62,991 nucleotides of DNA from Bacteroidales bacterium (GCA_038212325.1 JBBQUQ010000005.1:1-62991), one strand, 5' to 3'; shown: positions 8,894-18,265, numbered from the stretch's first letter. Numbers and translations: made by a program. The notes: generated from the letters alone by a model not told the origin.

Positions 8894-11701
8894 ATGACCA
8901 TGAAAAAACTGTTCTTTCTGTTACTTGCTGTCATTATTCTTTCAGCCCCTGCATTTGCCCAGCAAAATGCCGGACTGAAAATTGAATTCGAAAAATACAC
9001 CTTGTCCAACGGACTTGATGTGATCCTGCACATCGATCGGTCGGATCCGATTGTGGCCCTCGCCATCCAATACCACGTGGGGTCGAACCGTGAAGTGGAA
9101 GGCCGCACCGGGTTTGCCCATCTCTTTGAGCACATGATGTTCCAGCGGTCGGAAAATGTAGGCGAAGACCAGTTTTTCAAGATCATCCAGAATGCCGGAG
9201 GCACCCTCAACGGAGGCACCAGCAACGATGCGACAACCTATTATGAAATCGTGCCGAAAAATGCACTGGAGAAAATCCTTTGGGTGGAATCTGACAGGAT
9301 GGGCTACATGATCAATACCGTAACCGACAAGGCATTCAACAACCAGCAAAATGTTGTTCAAAATGAAAAGAGGCAGTCTGTCGACAACCAGCCATACGGG
9401 TTCACCAACTGGGTCATCGCCACCAGCCTCTACCCCAAGGGCCATCCATACAGTTGGACCGTAATCGGCGAAATGTCGGACCTGAAAAATGCGACCGTCC
9501 CGGATGTGAAAGCCTTTCATGGAAATTACTACCTGCCGAACAACGCAACCTTGGTGCTGGCCGGCGATTTTGATGTGAAAACCGCGAAAAAGCTAATTGA
9601 AAAGTATTTCGGCGAGATCAGGCGTGGCAAGGATGTTACCGACCCCAAACCCATCCCGGTAACCCTCGACCGAACAAAAAAGATATACCATGAAGACAAC
9701 TTTGCAAAAGCATCTCAGATTAAAATGATCTGGCCTACGGCAGAGGCCTACAATGACGATTCATATCCACTCGACTACCTTGGCCAGCTGCTTTCGCACG
9801 GGAAGAAAGCTCCGCTGTACATTATCCTCGAAAAAGACAAAAAGCTATCCTCCAGCCAGTATGCTTACAACGGATCGCAGGAGATTGCAGGAACCTTTAC
9901 CATCAGCGCAACTGCCAACGAAGGTGTAAGCCTGAACGATATCGAGCAGAGTGTTTTTGAGGCGTTTGCCATGTTTGAGAAGGATGGCTTCACCGACGAG
10001 GACGTGGAGCGCATCAAGGCAAGCCAGGAGACCGATTTCTACAACGGAATCAGCAGTATCCTCGGAAAATCTTACCAGCTCGCCGGATATAATGAAGACA
10101 AGGGAGATCCCGGCTATTACAGAACCGACATCGAGAAGCTGAAAGCGGTGACCAAATCAGATATTTTACGTGTTTACGCCAGATATATCAAGGATAAACC
10201 CTTCCTGGTAACGAGTTTTGTTCCAAAAGGGCAGCTCAGCATGATCGTTGACGGCTCGGAAAAGGCTGCAGTGGAGGAAGAGAGCATAACGGATGCCACG
10301 CAGGTCGAAATAAAAGATAAAACAGAGGAGGTTATTGTTAAAACGCCCACGCTGGTCGATCGTTCTGTCATGCCTGCCGATGGTCCCGACCCGGTGCTCA
10401 GCCTTCCGGCAGCATGGACCGCTTCGATGCCAAACGGGTTGCAGGTATACGGAATTGAACAGGATGAACTTCCGCTGGTTCAGTTTGCATTGAGAATGAA
10501 AGGTGGCCACTTCCTCGACCCCCTTCAAAAACCCGGTGTGGCCAACCTTGTTTGCGAATTGATGATGGAGGGTACACGGAATAAAACCCCCCTGGTGCTC
10601 GAAGAAGAGATTGAAAGGCTTGGGGCTTCCATCTACCTGAATGCTTCAAGTAACTCCATCACGCTTTCGGCCAATACTTTAACGAGAAATTACGACCAGG
10701 TGCTTGCCCTTGCAATTGAAATTCTGCTGGAGCCGCGGTGGGACACTGCAGAATTTGAAATGGCTAAAACCCGTTTGCTCAACATGGTGAAACGGCAGAA
10801 AGCCAATCCGGCAATCCTTGGCAGGAATCAGTTTTATGAGCTGATCTATGGCAAAAACCACATTTTTTCCACCGACATTTCGGGAACAGAGGAATCGATC
10901 GCCGCCATTACCCTTGACGATCTCAAAGCATTTTATACAAAGGCGTTTTCCCCATCAGTGGCCTCCTTCCTGGTTGCAGGAAGCATCACAAAAGACAAGA
11001 TAACAGCCTCCCTGCAGCCGCTTGTCAAAGCATGGAAAGCGAAAGAGGTGGTTTTCCCGTCGTACGACCTGCCCGCTCCTTTGCAGAAGTCAGCAATTTA
11101 CTTCGTCGATGTTCCCGGCGCCAAGCAATCGGTGATCAATATCGGGTGCATCGCACTTGCCAGGCAAGACAAGGACTATTTTCCTGCCACCGTTATGAAC
11201 TACAAGCTGGGCGGCTCATTCAATGGCAACGTAAACCTGGTTTTGCGTGAGGAAAAGGGGTTCACCTATGGCGCTCGCACCAATTTTACAGGGGGCATCA
11301 TTCCCGGAACGTTCGTAGCCAATGCGAGTGTTCGTTCGTCGGCCACCGAAGAGTCGGTCGAAATTTTCAAAGACCTGATGGCACGGTACGGATCCGAATT
11401 CAAGAAAGAAGACCTTGAGTTTACGCGCAACTCCCTGATAAAAGGGTATGCCAGGCAGTTTGAAACCCTCGGGGCAAAAATCGGAATGCTCAGCGACATC
11501 AGCCTGTATGGATTACCCGTCGATTACGTTAAGGGAGAACAGACCACGATCCGGAATATGAGTATCGAACAGGTGAAGGCGCTTGCACAGAAGTACATCG
11601 ATCCGTCGAAGATGTATTATGTGATTGCCGGAGATGCAAAAACGCAACTGGAAGCCCTCGGAAAAATCGGGTTCGGGTCTCCTGTGCTGGTTGTTAAATA
11701 A
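8894..11701 (+). CDS. secreted M16 (insulinase/pitrilysin) family zinc peptidase, two-unit form
   Basis: Signal peptide MKKLFFLLLAVIILSAPAFAQ and the inverted zinc motif HLFEHMMF (HxxEH). 935 aa with a second M16-like half. Confidence 0.9.
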   Translation: MTMKKLFFLLLAVIILSAPAFAQQNAGLKIEFEKYTLSNGLDVILHIDRSDPIVALAIQYHVGSNREVEGRTGFAHLFEHMMFQRSENVGEDQFFKIIQNAGGTLNGGTSNDATTYYEIVPKNALEKILWVESDRMGYMINTVTDKAFNNQQNVVQNEKRQSVDNQPYGFTNWVIATSLYPKGHPYSWTVIGEMSDLKNATVPDVKAFHGNYYLPNNATLVLAGDFDVKTAKKLIEKYFGEIRRGKDVTDPKPIPVTLDRTKKIYHEDNFAKASQIKMIWPTAEAYNDDSYPLDYLGQLLSHGKKAPLYIILEKDKKLSSSQYAYNGSQEIAGTFTISATANEGVSLNDIEQSVFEAFAMFEKDGFTDEDVERIKASQETDFYNGISSILGKSYQLAGYNEDKGDPGYYRTDIEKLKAVTKSDILRVYARYIKDKPFLVTSFVPKGQLSMIVDGSEKAAVEEESITDATQVEIKDKTEEVIVKTPTLVDRSVMPADGPDPVLSLPAAWTASMPNGLQVYGIEQDELPLVQFALRMKGGHFLDPLQKPGVANLVCELMMEGTRNKTPLVLEEEIERLGASIYLNASSNSITLSANTLTRNYDQVLALAIEILLEPRWDTAEFEMAKTRLLNMVKRQKANPAILGRNQFYELIYGKNHIFSTDISGTEESIAAITLDDLKAFYTKAFSPSVASFLVAGSITKDKITASLQPLVKAWKAKEVVFPSYDLPAPLQKSAIYFVDVPGAKQSVINIGCIALARQDKDYFPATVMNYKLGGSFNGNVNLVLREEKGFTYGARTNFTGGIIPGTFVANASVRSSATEESVEIFKDLMARYGSEFKKEDLEFTRNSLIKGYARQFETLGAKIGMLSDISLYGLPVDYVKGEQTTIRNMSIEQVKALAQKYIDPSKMYYVIAGDAKTQLEALGKIGFGSPVLVVK

Positions 11702-13493
11702 TGATCCCCATATTCTTCATCAGGAACGAGGCATTCAGGTTTCGGCAAACGCCCGGCGAGAGTTTGTAGTCAATTTCCATCAGGTCGCCGGTGATCCGGA
11801 TCTCAAAACAGAGATTCCGGATATTGTCGGGGTAATGGTCGACCAGTTCTCCCAGGGCCAGGTCGTGGGTGGCAAAGAGCCCTGCAAGCCTGTATTTCAT
11901 AAGCTGCCTGATCAGGGCGATCGATCCCGTTTGCTTGTCCGACGAATTGGTCCCTTTCAATATCTCATCAAGCAGGATCAGTTTTTCCTTCCCGCTTTCA
12001 AGTTCGGCAATGATCTCCTTCAGCCGCCTGAGCTCCGCATAAAAATAGGATTCCCGCTTCGCCAATGAGTCGTTTGTGCGGATACTGCTGTGAATTTCAA
12101 TTGGATAATAAATTAGCTTCTTTGCAAAAACAGGCGCCCCCATCATGGCCAGCAGCAGGTTGGTTCCGATGGTGCGCAGGAAGGTGCTCTTGCCCGACAT
12201 GTTTGCACCGGTAATGATGCGAAACTGGTTCCACCCCATGATCTCAACATCATTGGTAACGCAGCTTTCCTCGGGAATAAGGGGATGGCCAAGGCTTTCG
12301 GCAATCAATTGGAACCCCTCCCCTGCCGGCACAGGGTAAATGTACCGAGGGTTGTTGAATGAATAGGTTCCAAGGCTCGCAAGGGCATCCAGCTCTGCCA
12401 GCACCGCAAACCACTCCGGAACCAGGCGGCGGTACGTTAACCGCCACTTTTCCACTGCGAACAGGAGGTGGATGTTAAGCATGAAAAAACCGTTCATGAT
12501 CACCGATACCAGCAGGTTCAGGTTCGAATCCATCATGTTCAGAAGTTTTGAAAGCCGCCTGATTGCCTGCCCAGGCATCACCTGCACTCCGCTCCTAAGC
12601 TTGTGTTGCAGTTTTTTATTGAATGCCGAAGTGAAAGGGGCTGCTTCGGCCAGTGATAAAGCCGTGGCATATTTTCGCAATATTTCAACCTGTGAAGTAA
12701 CCGTTTGCTGAACAGCCATATTTTTGCGTGCAAATCCATAAACAACGGCCGACTGCAGAAGGAACATCATAACCGGCACCTGGTATGGCACTATACCGGC
12801 TATGGACATCGCAACGGAGCCAATCGTAATCAACGGGAGGATATAGATTAAGGTTTTCAATTGCCTTATTCCGGTCGTCCATTCCCTGCCATCCAGCCAT
12901 TCCTTCAAATTATCAAGATCCTTCCGGGAAGTATCCTGTTCGATGAAAATCAATTGAAGTTGCTGCCTGAACTCAATATTGGATGCGAGCTCTGTGACAG
13001 CCTGCTGACGGTTCAACGTTTCATCCCTGTACTCAAATGCATTGCTGAAATAATCCGCCAGTTTTTCGCTGCCAAAAATGGTGGATGTACGGTTCACATA
13101 CTGGAATAAAGAGCCCGCCCCGAAAATGTCGAGGTCGTGGGTGTAGGGATGATCCTGGTTCACGAACCTGTTCCCGGGGTCAAAGGCGGCATAATCGCCG
13201 CCCACTGCCACAATCTCCTGCTGGTTGATCCGCATGAGAAATTCAAGCCTCATGATCTCCTTTTTCAGGCGATAATCATACCATCCTGCGCCCAGAAAAC
13301 CGGAAAAAGAGGTCACCGCACCGATCACAAAGAGTGCCCCCGGAAATTTGACCGAAAAATAGACCGAGAAACCAGTGCTGATAAAAAGGAATAGCCTCAA
13401 CCAGGGAATCCAGCGGAGCGGTTTCCGCAACGCGACTATTTCGGCAGAGAATTCGCTGATGCGCTGCTGGTAAGTTAACTCGGGCGGATTCAT
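11694..13493 (-). CDS. MutS-related ATPase (MutS domain V only) with N-terminal transmembrane segments
   Basis: Walker A GANMSGKSTFLRTIG, Walker B LILLDEILKGTNSSDK and THDLAL are present. The N-terminus carries at least 4 hydrophobic helices. No mismatch-binding domain is recognisable. Confidence 0.85.
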   Translation of the reverse strand: MNPPELTYQQRISEFSAEIVALRKPLRWIPWLRLFLFISTGFSVYFSVKFPGALFVIGAVTSFSGFLGAGWYDYRLKKEIMRLEFLMRINQQEIVAVGGDYAAFDPGNRFVNQDHPYTHDLDIFGAGSLFQYVNRTSTIFGSEKLADYFSNAFEYRDETLNRQQAVTELASNIEFRQQLQLIFIEQDTSRKDLDNLKEWLDGREWTTGIRQLKTLIYILPLITIGSVAMSIAGIVPYQVPVMMFLLQSAVVYGFARKNMAVQQTVTSQVEILRKYATALSLAEAAPFTSAFNKKLQHKLRSGVQVMPGQAIRRLSKLLNMMDSNLNLLVSVIMNGFFMLNIHLLFAVEKWRLTYRRLVPEWFAVLAELDALASLGTYSFNNPRYIYPVPAGEGFQLIAESLGHPLIPEESCVTNDVEIMGWNQFRIITGANMSGKSTFLRTIGTNLLLAMMGAPVFAKKLIYYPIEIHSSIRTNDSLAKRESYFYAELRRLKEIIAELESGKEKLILLDEILKGTNSSDKQTGSIALIRQLMKYRLAGLFATHDLALGELVDHYPDNIRNLCFEIRITGDLMEIDYKLSPGVCRNLNASFLMKNMGIII

Positions 13494-13495
13494 TT

Positions 13496-13540
13496 ATTCG
13501 TCATTCGCATATTCGTCATTCCCATATTCGTCATTCGCCT
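13496..13540. repeat. 3 tandem copies of the 15-nt unit ATTCGTCATTCGCAT (family A)
   Basis: Read directly. It fills the 46-nt sufD/mutS-like spacer. Confidence 0.95.
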
Positions 13541-14949
13541 CAAATCTTGCCCAAATCGATCTGAAACTCCACCGGATGCTCCGGTGTACTGCAATGCAGC
13601 ACGCACTGCTCGCATATCTGGAGCTCGCCCTGCAGCCGCTTCTTCACCATGTCTTCGATGCGCTGGCGCAGTTGCGGAATGGCGATTTTCGCCACGATCT
13701 CATCGGCAAAGGCGAACATCAGCAGCATTCGGGCAGTCTCCTCGCCAATGCCGCGCTGTCGCAGGTAAAACATCGATTCCTGGTCAAGCTGCCCGGTGGT
13801 GGAGCCATGCGAACATTTTACATCGTCATTGTAAATCTCCATAAAAGGCTTGGAATTAACACGGGCTGTATCTGTCAACAAAATATTCTTGTTGCTCTGG
13901 CGGGCATCCGTTTTCGTGGCATCCCGGCGAACAAGCACATGTCCGTTGAAGATGGCGTGGGCCTGTTCATCGAGGATTCCCTTGAAGGTTTCACTGCTGG
14001 TGCATCCCGGATAGGCATGATCAACAAATACCTGGTTGTCGACATGCTGCTTGCGGTCCATGAGGTAGATGCCGTAAATGGTTGCATTCCCATGCGGGCC
14101 GTTGAAAAGCACCCTGATGTTGTTGCGCAGCAGTCCGCCGTTCAGGGAAATGTAGTGCGATTCAAGGCTGGCGGAAGCCTCCATCCTGAAAAATACCGAA
14201 CTGATCAGCGTGCTGTTGTTGTTGAGATTCTGCAGCTTGTAATGATCCATCACGCCATTTTCGCCCAGATGGATCTCGGTGACAATGTTTGAAAAACTGG
14301 CCTGGTGGTTGTACGAATCATCGCAGTGAACCAGGGATAGTTTTGCATTGGCGCCTACCACGATGAGGTTGCGGGACTGCAAAAAAATGTTCTCCTCGTG
14401 ATGGATCACATTGATGAGCTGCACCGGCTTGGGGCTTTTCACGTTGTCGGGCACATAGATGAAGACCCCGTCGCGGGCAAAGGCCGTGTTCAGTGCGGTG
14501 AAGCCATCGGCTGCATCATCGGCCATGGTGCCAAAGTATTTCTCAACAAGCTGGGGGTATTTCATGCGCGCCTCAGCCAGGCTGCCCATGATGATCCCGT
14601 TCCCAAGCTCCATCAGCGGAACATCTTTGGAAACATACCAGCCGTTCAGCAGCCCGATCACCGCGGTGTCGAGGTGGGGTATGTTGCAGCGGAACACTTT
14701 TTGGGCATCAACATCTGCTGCCGGGCGAAGTGGGTAATCATATCCGCGGCTGAAACTATCTTCCAGGTCGGTCAGGCGCCAGGTCTCCATGCTGGTATCC
14801 GGAAAACCAAGTTTCACAAAGGATGCCATCGCATTCGTTCTGATATCGGCCAGGCGGGGCGTGTCGTGCGAATAAAGAAGGTCCCTGTTCTTTTTAAACA
14901 GGCCGGTAAACCGTTCCGGCGTGATGGTTTCTTTCAGGTCGGTTTGCAT
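13540..14949 (-). CDS. sufD: Fe-S cluster assembly protein SufD
   Basis: 469 aa. The C-terminal beta-helix region (ARQSNKNILL...PFMEIYNDDVKCSHGSTTGQLD) is typical of SufD. The start overlaps the sufC stop (TAATG). Confidence 0.9.
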   Translation of the reverse strand: MQTDLKETITPERFTGLFKKNRDLLYSHDTPRLADIRTNAMASFVKLGFPDTSMETWRLTDLEDSFSRGYDYPLRPAADVDAQKVFRCNIPHLDTAVIGLLNGWYVSKDVPLMELGNGIIMGSLAEARMKYPQLVEKYFGTMADDAADGFTALNTAFARDGVFIYVPDNVKSPKPVQLINVIHHEENIFLQSRNLIVVGANAKLSLVHCDDSYNHQASFSNIVTEIHLGENGVMDHYKLQNLNNNSTLISSVFFRMEASASLESHYISLNGGLLRNNIRVLFNGPHGNATIYGIYLMDRKQHVDNQVFVDHAYPGCTSSETFKGILDEQAHAIFNGHVLVRRDATKTDARQSNKNILLTDTARVNSKPFMEIYNDDVKCSHGSTTGQLDQESMFYLRQRGIGEETARMLLMFAFADEIVAKIAIPQLRQRIEDMVKKRLQGELQICEQCVLHCSTPEHPVEFQIDLGKI

Positions 14950-15704
14950 TACGCCTCCTGTTCTTTTTTGATCCAGTCGTAGCCCTTTTCTTCAAGCTCA
15001 AGCGCAAGTTCTTTGCCTCCTGATTTAACGATCTTTCCCTGGAATAAGACATGTACAAAGTCAGGAATGATATGGTCGAGCAGCCGCTGGTAATGGGTGA
15101 TCACCACGAAAGCGTTGTCGGGACGGCGAAGCTTGTTCACGCCGTTGGCAACAATGCGCAGGGCGTCGATGTCGAGACCTGAGTCGGTTTCATCGAGAAT
15201 TGCCAGCATCGGCTCGAGCATCGCCATTTGGAAAATTTCGTTCTTTTTCTTTTCGCCTCCTGAAAAACCTTCATTCACTGAGCGGTTTGTCAGGTTGGAG
15301 GTGATCTCAACCAGCCGTTTTTTCTCTTCCATCATGCGCAGAAAATCGCCTCCCGACAGCGGATCAAGCCCTTTGAACTTGCGGATCTCATTTACCGCTG
15401 TTCGCATAAAGTTGGTGATGCTCACCCCCGGAATTTCCACCGGGTACTGGAAGCCAAGGAATATGCCTTCGCGGGCACGGTCTTCAACCGAAAGCTGCTG
15501 CAGGTCTTTTCCCTTGTAGAGGATCTCCCCGGCAGTCACCTCAAACACCTCCCGTCCGGCTATGACCGAAGCCAGCGTGCTTTTCCCGGTCCCGTTCGGT
15601 CCCATGATGGCATGCACTTCGCCCTTGTTCACCTCCAGATTCACCCCCCGGAGAATTTCCTTGCCGTTGATCCCGGCATGTAAGTTTTTAATTTGTAGTA
15701 ACAT
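14949..15704 (-). CDS. sufC: Fe-S cluster assembly ATPase SufC
   Basis: Walker A GPNGTGKST, NEGFSGGEKK signature and ILDETDSGLD Walker B. Confidence 0.95.
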   Translation of the reverse strand: MLLQIKNLHAGINGKEILRGVNLEVNKGEVHAIMGPNGTGKSTLASVIAGREVFEVTAGEILYKGKDLQQLSVEDRAREGIFLGFQYPVEIPGVSITNFMRTAVNEIRKFKGLDPLSGGDFLRMMEEKKRLVEITSNLTNRSVNEGFSGGEKKKNEIFQMAMLEPMLAILDETDSGLDIDALRIVANGVNKLRRPDNAFVVITHYQRLLDHIIPDFVHVLFQGKIVKSGGKELALELEEKGYDWIKKEQEA

Positions 15705-15743
15705 AGCTTGGTAAAATAAAAAATCTGAAATTCAAAATGCCCA

Positions 15744-17201
15744 TCAGCCTACGCTTCCCTCCAGGCTTATCGACAGCAGTTTTTGCGCTTCCACGGCGAA
15801 TTCCATCGGCAATTGTTTTAAAACCTCCTTTGCATATCCGTTCACGATCAGGCCTATGGCGCTTTCGGCCGAAATTCCGCGCTGCTGGCAATAAAACAGT
15901 TGATCTTCCGAAATTTTAGAGGTGGTTGCTTCATGCTCCACGATCGATGATTTATTGTCGACCTGGATATAGGGATAGGTATGCGCTCCGCATTTGGCTC
16001 CGAGCAGCAGCGAATCGCACTGACTGTAGTTGCGCGAATTGACTGCATTCTTCGAAATCCGCACCAGTCCGCGGTAAGAGTTGTTGCTTTTCCCGGCTGA
16101 GATCCCTTTGGAAATAATGGTGCTCCGGGTATTCCTGCCCAGGTGCATCATCTTGGTGCCGGTATCGGCCTGCTGGTGGTTGTTGGTTACTGCAACGGAA
16201 TAGAACTCTCCCACCGAATGATCGCCCAGCAGGATGCAGCTCGGGTATTTCCAGGTGATGGCCGATCCTGTTTCAACCTGTGTCCAGCTGATTTTGGAAC
16301 TGCTGCCCTTGCAAATGCCTCGCTTGGTGACGAAATTGTAGATGCCGCCCAGCCCGTTTTTATCGCCGGGGTACCAGTTTTGCACGGTTGAATATTTAAC
16401 CTCCGCATCCTTCATGGCCACGATCTCAACGATGGCGGCATGAAGCTGGTTCTCATCGCGCTGGGGCGCTGTGCAGCCCTCCATGTAGCTCACATAGGCT
16501 CCCTCTTCAGCCACGATGAGCGTACGTTCAAACTGCCCGGTATTGGCGGCATTGATGCGGAAATAGGTCGAAAGCTCCATGGGGCAGCGAACCCCCTTCG
16601 GGATGAAGCAGAAGGATCCGTCGCTGAATACCGCGGAGTTGAGCGCTGCAAAATAGTTGTCGGTGTAAGGAACCACCGATCCCATATACTGCTTCACCAG
16701 GTCAGGATGGTTCTGTACGGCTTCGCTGAATGAGCAAAAGATGATCCCGTGCTTTGAAAGGGTTTCGGAAAAGGTTGTTTTGACCGAAACGCTGTCGATC
16801 ACGGCATCAACCGCCACCCCGGCCACGCCGGCAAGCTTTTTCTGCTCATCGAGGGATATTCCGAGCTTGTTGAAGGTTGCAAGCAGTTCGGGATCAACCT
16901 CATCGAGGCTCGACAGTTCCTGCTTTTTCTTCGGTGCCGCATAGAAGATGATTTTCTGGAAGTTGATCGGGTCGATCTTCAGGTGGGCCCATTTGGGCTG
17001 CGACATGGTAAGCCAGTGGCGGTATGCTTTCATCCGGAACTCCAGCATGAATCCGGGTTCGTTTTTTTTGGCGGAGATATACCGGATGGTATCTTCAGAA
17101 AGCCCGATAGGAGCAAATTCTGTTTCGATATCCGTGACAAAGCCGTACTTGTAATCACCTTGTGTTACTTCATCCAGTATCTTGTTTGATTCAGATTGCA
17201 T
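15744..17201 (-). CDS. sufB: Fe-S cluster assembly scaffold SufB
   Basis: The motif YKYGF...[13 protein letters not shown] and the conserved C-terminal half are present. The ORF-track extension was trimmed to the ATG at 17199-17201 (MQSESNK). Confidence 0.95.
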   Translation of the reverse strand: MQSESNKILDEVTQGDYKYGFVTDIETEFAPIGLSEDTIRYISAKKNEPGFMLEFRMKAYRHWLTMSQPKWAHLKIDPINFQKIIFYAAPKKKQELSSLDEVDPELLATFNKLGISLDEQKKLAGVAGVAVDAVIDSVSVKTTFSETLSKHGIIFCSFSEAVQNHPDLVKQYMGSVVPYTDNYFAALNSAVFSDGSFCFIPKGVRCPMELSTYFRINAANTGQFERTLIVAEEGAYVSYMEGCTAPQRDENQLHAAIVEIVAMKDAEVKYSTVQNWYPGDKNGLGGIYNFVTKRGICKGSSSKISWTQVETGSAITWKYPSCILLGDHSVGEFYSVAVTNNHQQADTGTKMMHLGRNTRSTIISKGISAGKSNNSYRGLVRISKNAVNSRNYSQCDSLLLGAKCGAHTYPYIQVDNKSSIVEHEATTSKISEDQLFYCQQRGISAESAIGLIVNGYAKEVLKQLPMEFAVEAQKLLSISLEGSVG

Positions 17202-17268
17202 TGATAAGTTTTTTTGAACAAATCTACCATTTTTCGTGCCAATATAGAAGGGCTGACACAATGTCGGG

Positions 17269-17276
17269 CAAAGATA
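17269..17276 (-). promoter_or_regulatory. candidate -7 box TATCTTTG for sufBCD
   Basis: TAnnTTTG match 68 nt upstream of the sufB ATG. A second match, TAGATTTG, lies at 17219-17226. Confidence 0.4.
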
Positions 17277-17325
17277 CAACAATTCAGGCATTGCAATACC
17301 TGTTTAGAAAAAAGTTGAGCGGGCC

Positions 17326-17370
17326 ATTCGCATATTCGTCATTCGCATATTCGTCGTTCGCATATTCCTT
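17326..17370. repeat. 3 tandem copies of the family A 15-mer (ATTCGCATATTCGTC phase)
   Basis: Read directly. It is a rotated phase of the unit at 13496-13540, in the same orientation. Confidence 0.95.
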
Positions 17371-17388
17371 CACGGTCTGAAAAATCCG

Positions 17389-17577
17389 TCAAGATTGTAC
17401 CCGTTTGAGATCAGCTGCCGGCGATTGCGCTGAACCGGCCCTTTTACCCGTTGATGCTGTGTTATTTCTTCCGCACAGGCCCCTGCGCATAACGGGGGAT
17501 TGCGCAAATGCATCCAGGCATAAGGCCGTCACAGTTACAAAAAACATGCAACCATTTTTCATATTGATGAGTTTCAT
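17389..17577 (-). CDS. possible small secreted peptide
   Basis: 62 aa ORF with a signal-like N-terminus (MFFVTVTALCLDAFAQ). No family recognised, and it could be non-coding. Confidence 0.25.
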   Translation of the reverse strand: MKLINMKNGCMFFVTVTALCLDAFAQSPVMRRGLCGRNNTASTGKRAGSAQSPAADLKRVQS

Positions 17578-17696
17578 GGTTGATAAAAATAATCAAATAA
17601 AAGGAATTATTAACAATCGGATTTTGTTTGTCAAATTGTGTTAATTTCGTTCGATAAAATTCATTCAAAGCATAGCTTTCAAAGTAATTGATTACC

Positions 17697-18041
17697 ATGG
17701 AAATAACAGGGAAGGTCATTAAAATTATACAGCTTCAGTCGGGCGAAGGGAAGAACGGAACGTGGAAAAAACAGGAGTTCATTATTGAAACTTCGGCACA
17801 GATTCCGAGAAAGATATGCTTTTCGCTTTGGGGCGACAAGATCGACCAGTTCAGGCTGGCGGAAGGCGAAGAGGCCGAAGTATCCTTCGACCTTGAAAGC
17901 CGCGAGTTCAACAACCGGTGGTATACCGAAGCCAAAGCCTGGAAGATTGTTAAAAAGGGCGCGGGGCAATCAGTTCCCACCGGAGAGGAACCGCCACCCG
18001 AATACTTTGAGATGCCTTCCGGCGATGGAATGCCATTTTAA
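17697..18041 (+). CDS. DUF3127 domain protein
   Basis: MEITGKVIKI....G..KNGTWKKQEFIIET..Q.P.KICF..WGDKID matches the stereotyped DUF3127 N-terminus. The ATG at 17697 is preferred over the TTG at 17688. Confidence 0.75.
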   Translation: MEITGKVIKIIQLQSGEGKNGTWKKQEFIIETSAQIPRKICFSLWGDKIDQFRLAEGEEAEVSFDLESREFNNRWYTEAKAWKIVKKGAGQSVPTGEEPPPEYFEMPSGDGMPF

Positions 18042-18082
18042 GGAACAGTAAACCAATTGAATTAACCTTAACAACCAAAGTT

Positions 18083-18184
18083 ATGTCAAAAGGACAGGAT
18101 CAAAAAAAAGAGGTCAAGAAGGAGCCCACCAAAACGCTGAAAGAAAAAAGGCTGGAGAAAAAAGAGAAGAAAGCGAAGAAGTAG
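18083..18184 (+). CDS. possible 33-aa lysine-rich small protein
   Basis: ATG..TAG ORF encoding MSKGQDQKKEVKKEPTKTLKEKRLEKKEKKAKK. It is below the ORF-track cut-off and there is no family evidence. Confidence 0.3.
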   Translation: MSKGQDQKKEVKKEPTKTLKEKRLEKKEKKAKK

Positions 18185-18265
18185 CCATTTTAGAGTGTTA
18201 AACGATTAGGGTCGCTGCTGCCGGCACGTTGCCGGTTATGATACGCATTTGGGCGGTTGGAAAGT

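Noticed and set aside
12505-12535. GGTTCGAATCC, which resembles a tRNA T-loop
   Set aside because: The flanking bases cannot form a T-stem (TCAGG versus CCATC), and no acceptor or anticodon arms are present. It lies inside the MutS-like CDS.
13496-13540. Short tandem arrays (also at 17326-17370, 54548-54584, 61875-61962 and 50214-50258) as CRISPR arrays
   Set aside because: The units are 7-15 nt and directly abut one another with no unique spacers. No cas genes are present. These are microsatellite-like repeats, not CRISPR.
18221-18235. CCGGCA-CGT-TGCCGG hairpin between the convergent lysine-rich ORF and helicase genes as a terminator
   Set aside because: The stem is only 6 bp with a 3-nt loop, and there is no U-run on either strand. 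It is too weak to list as a feature.
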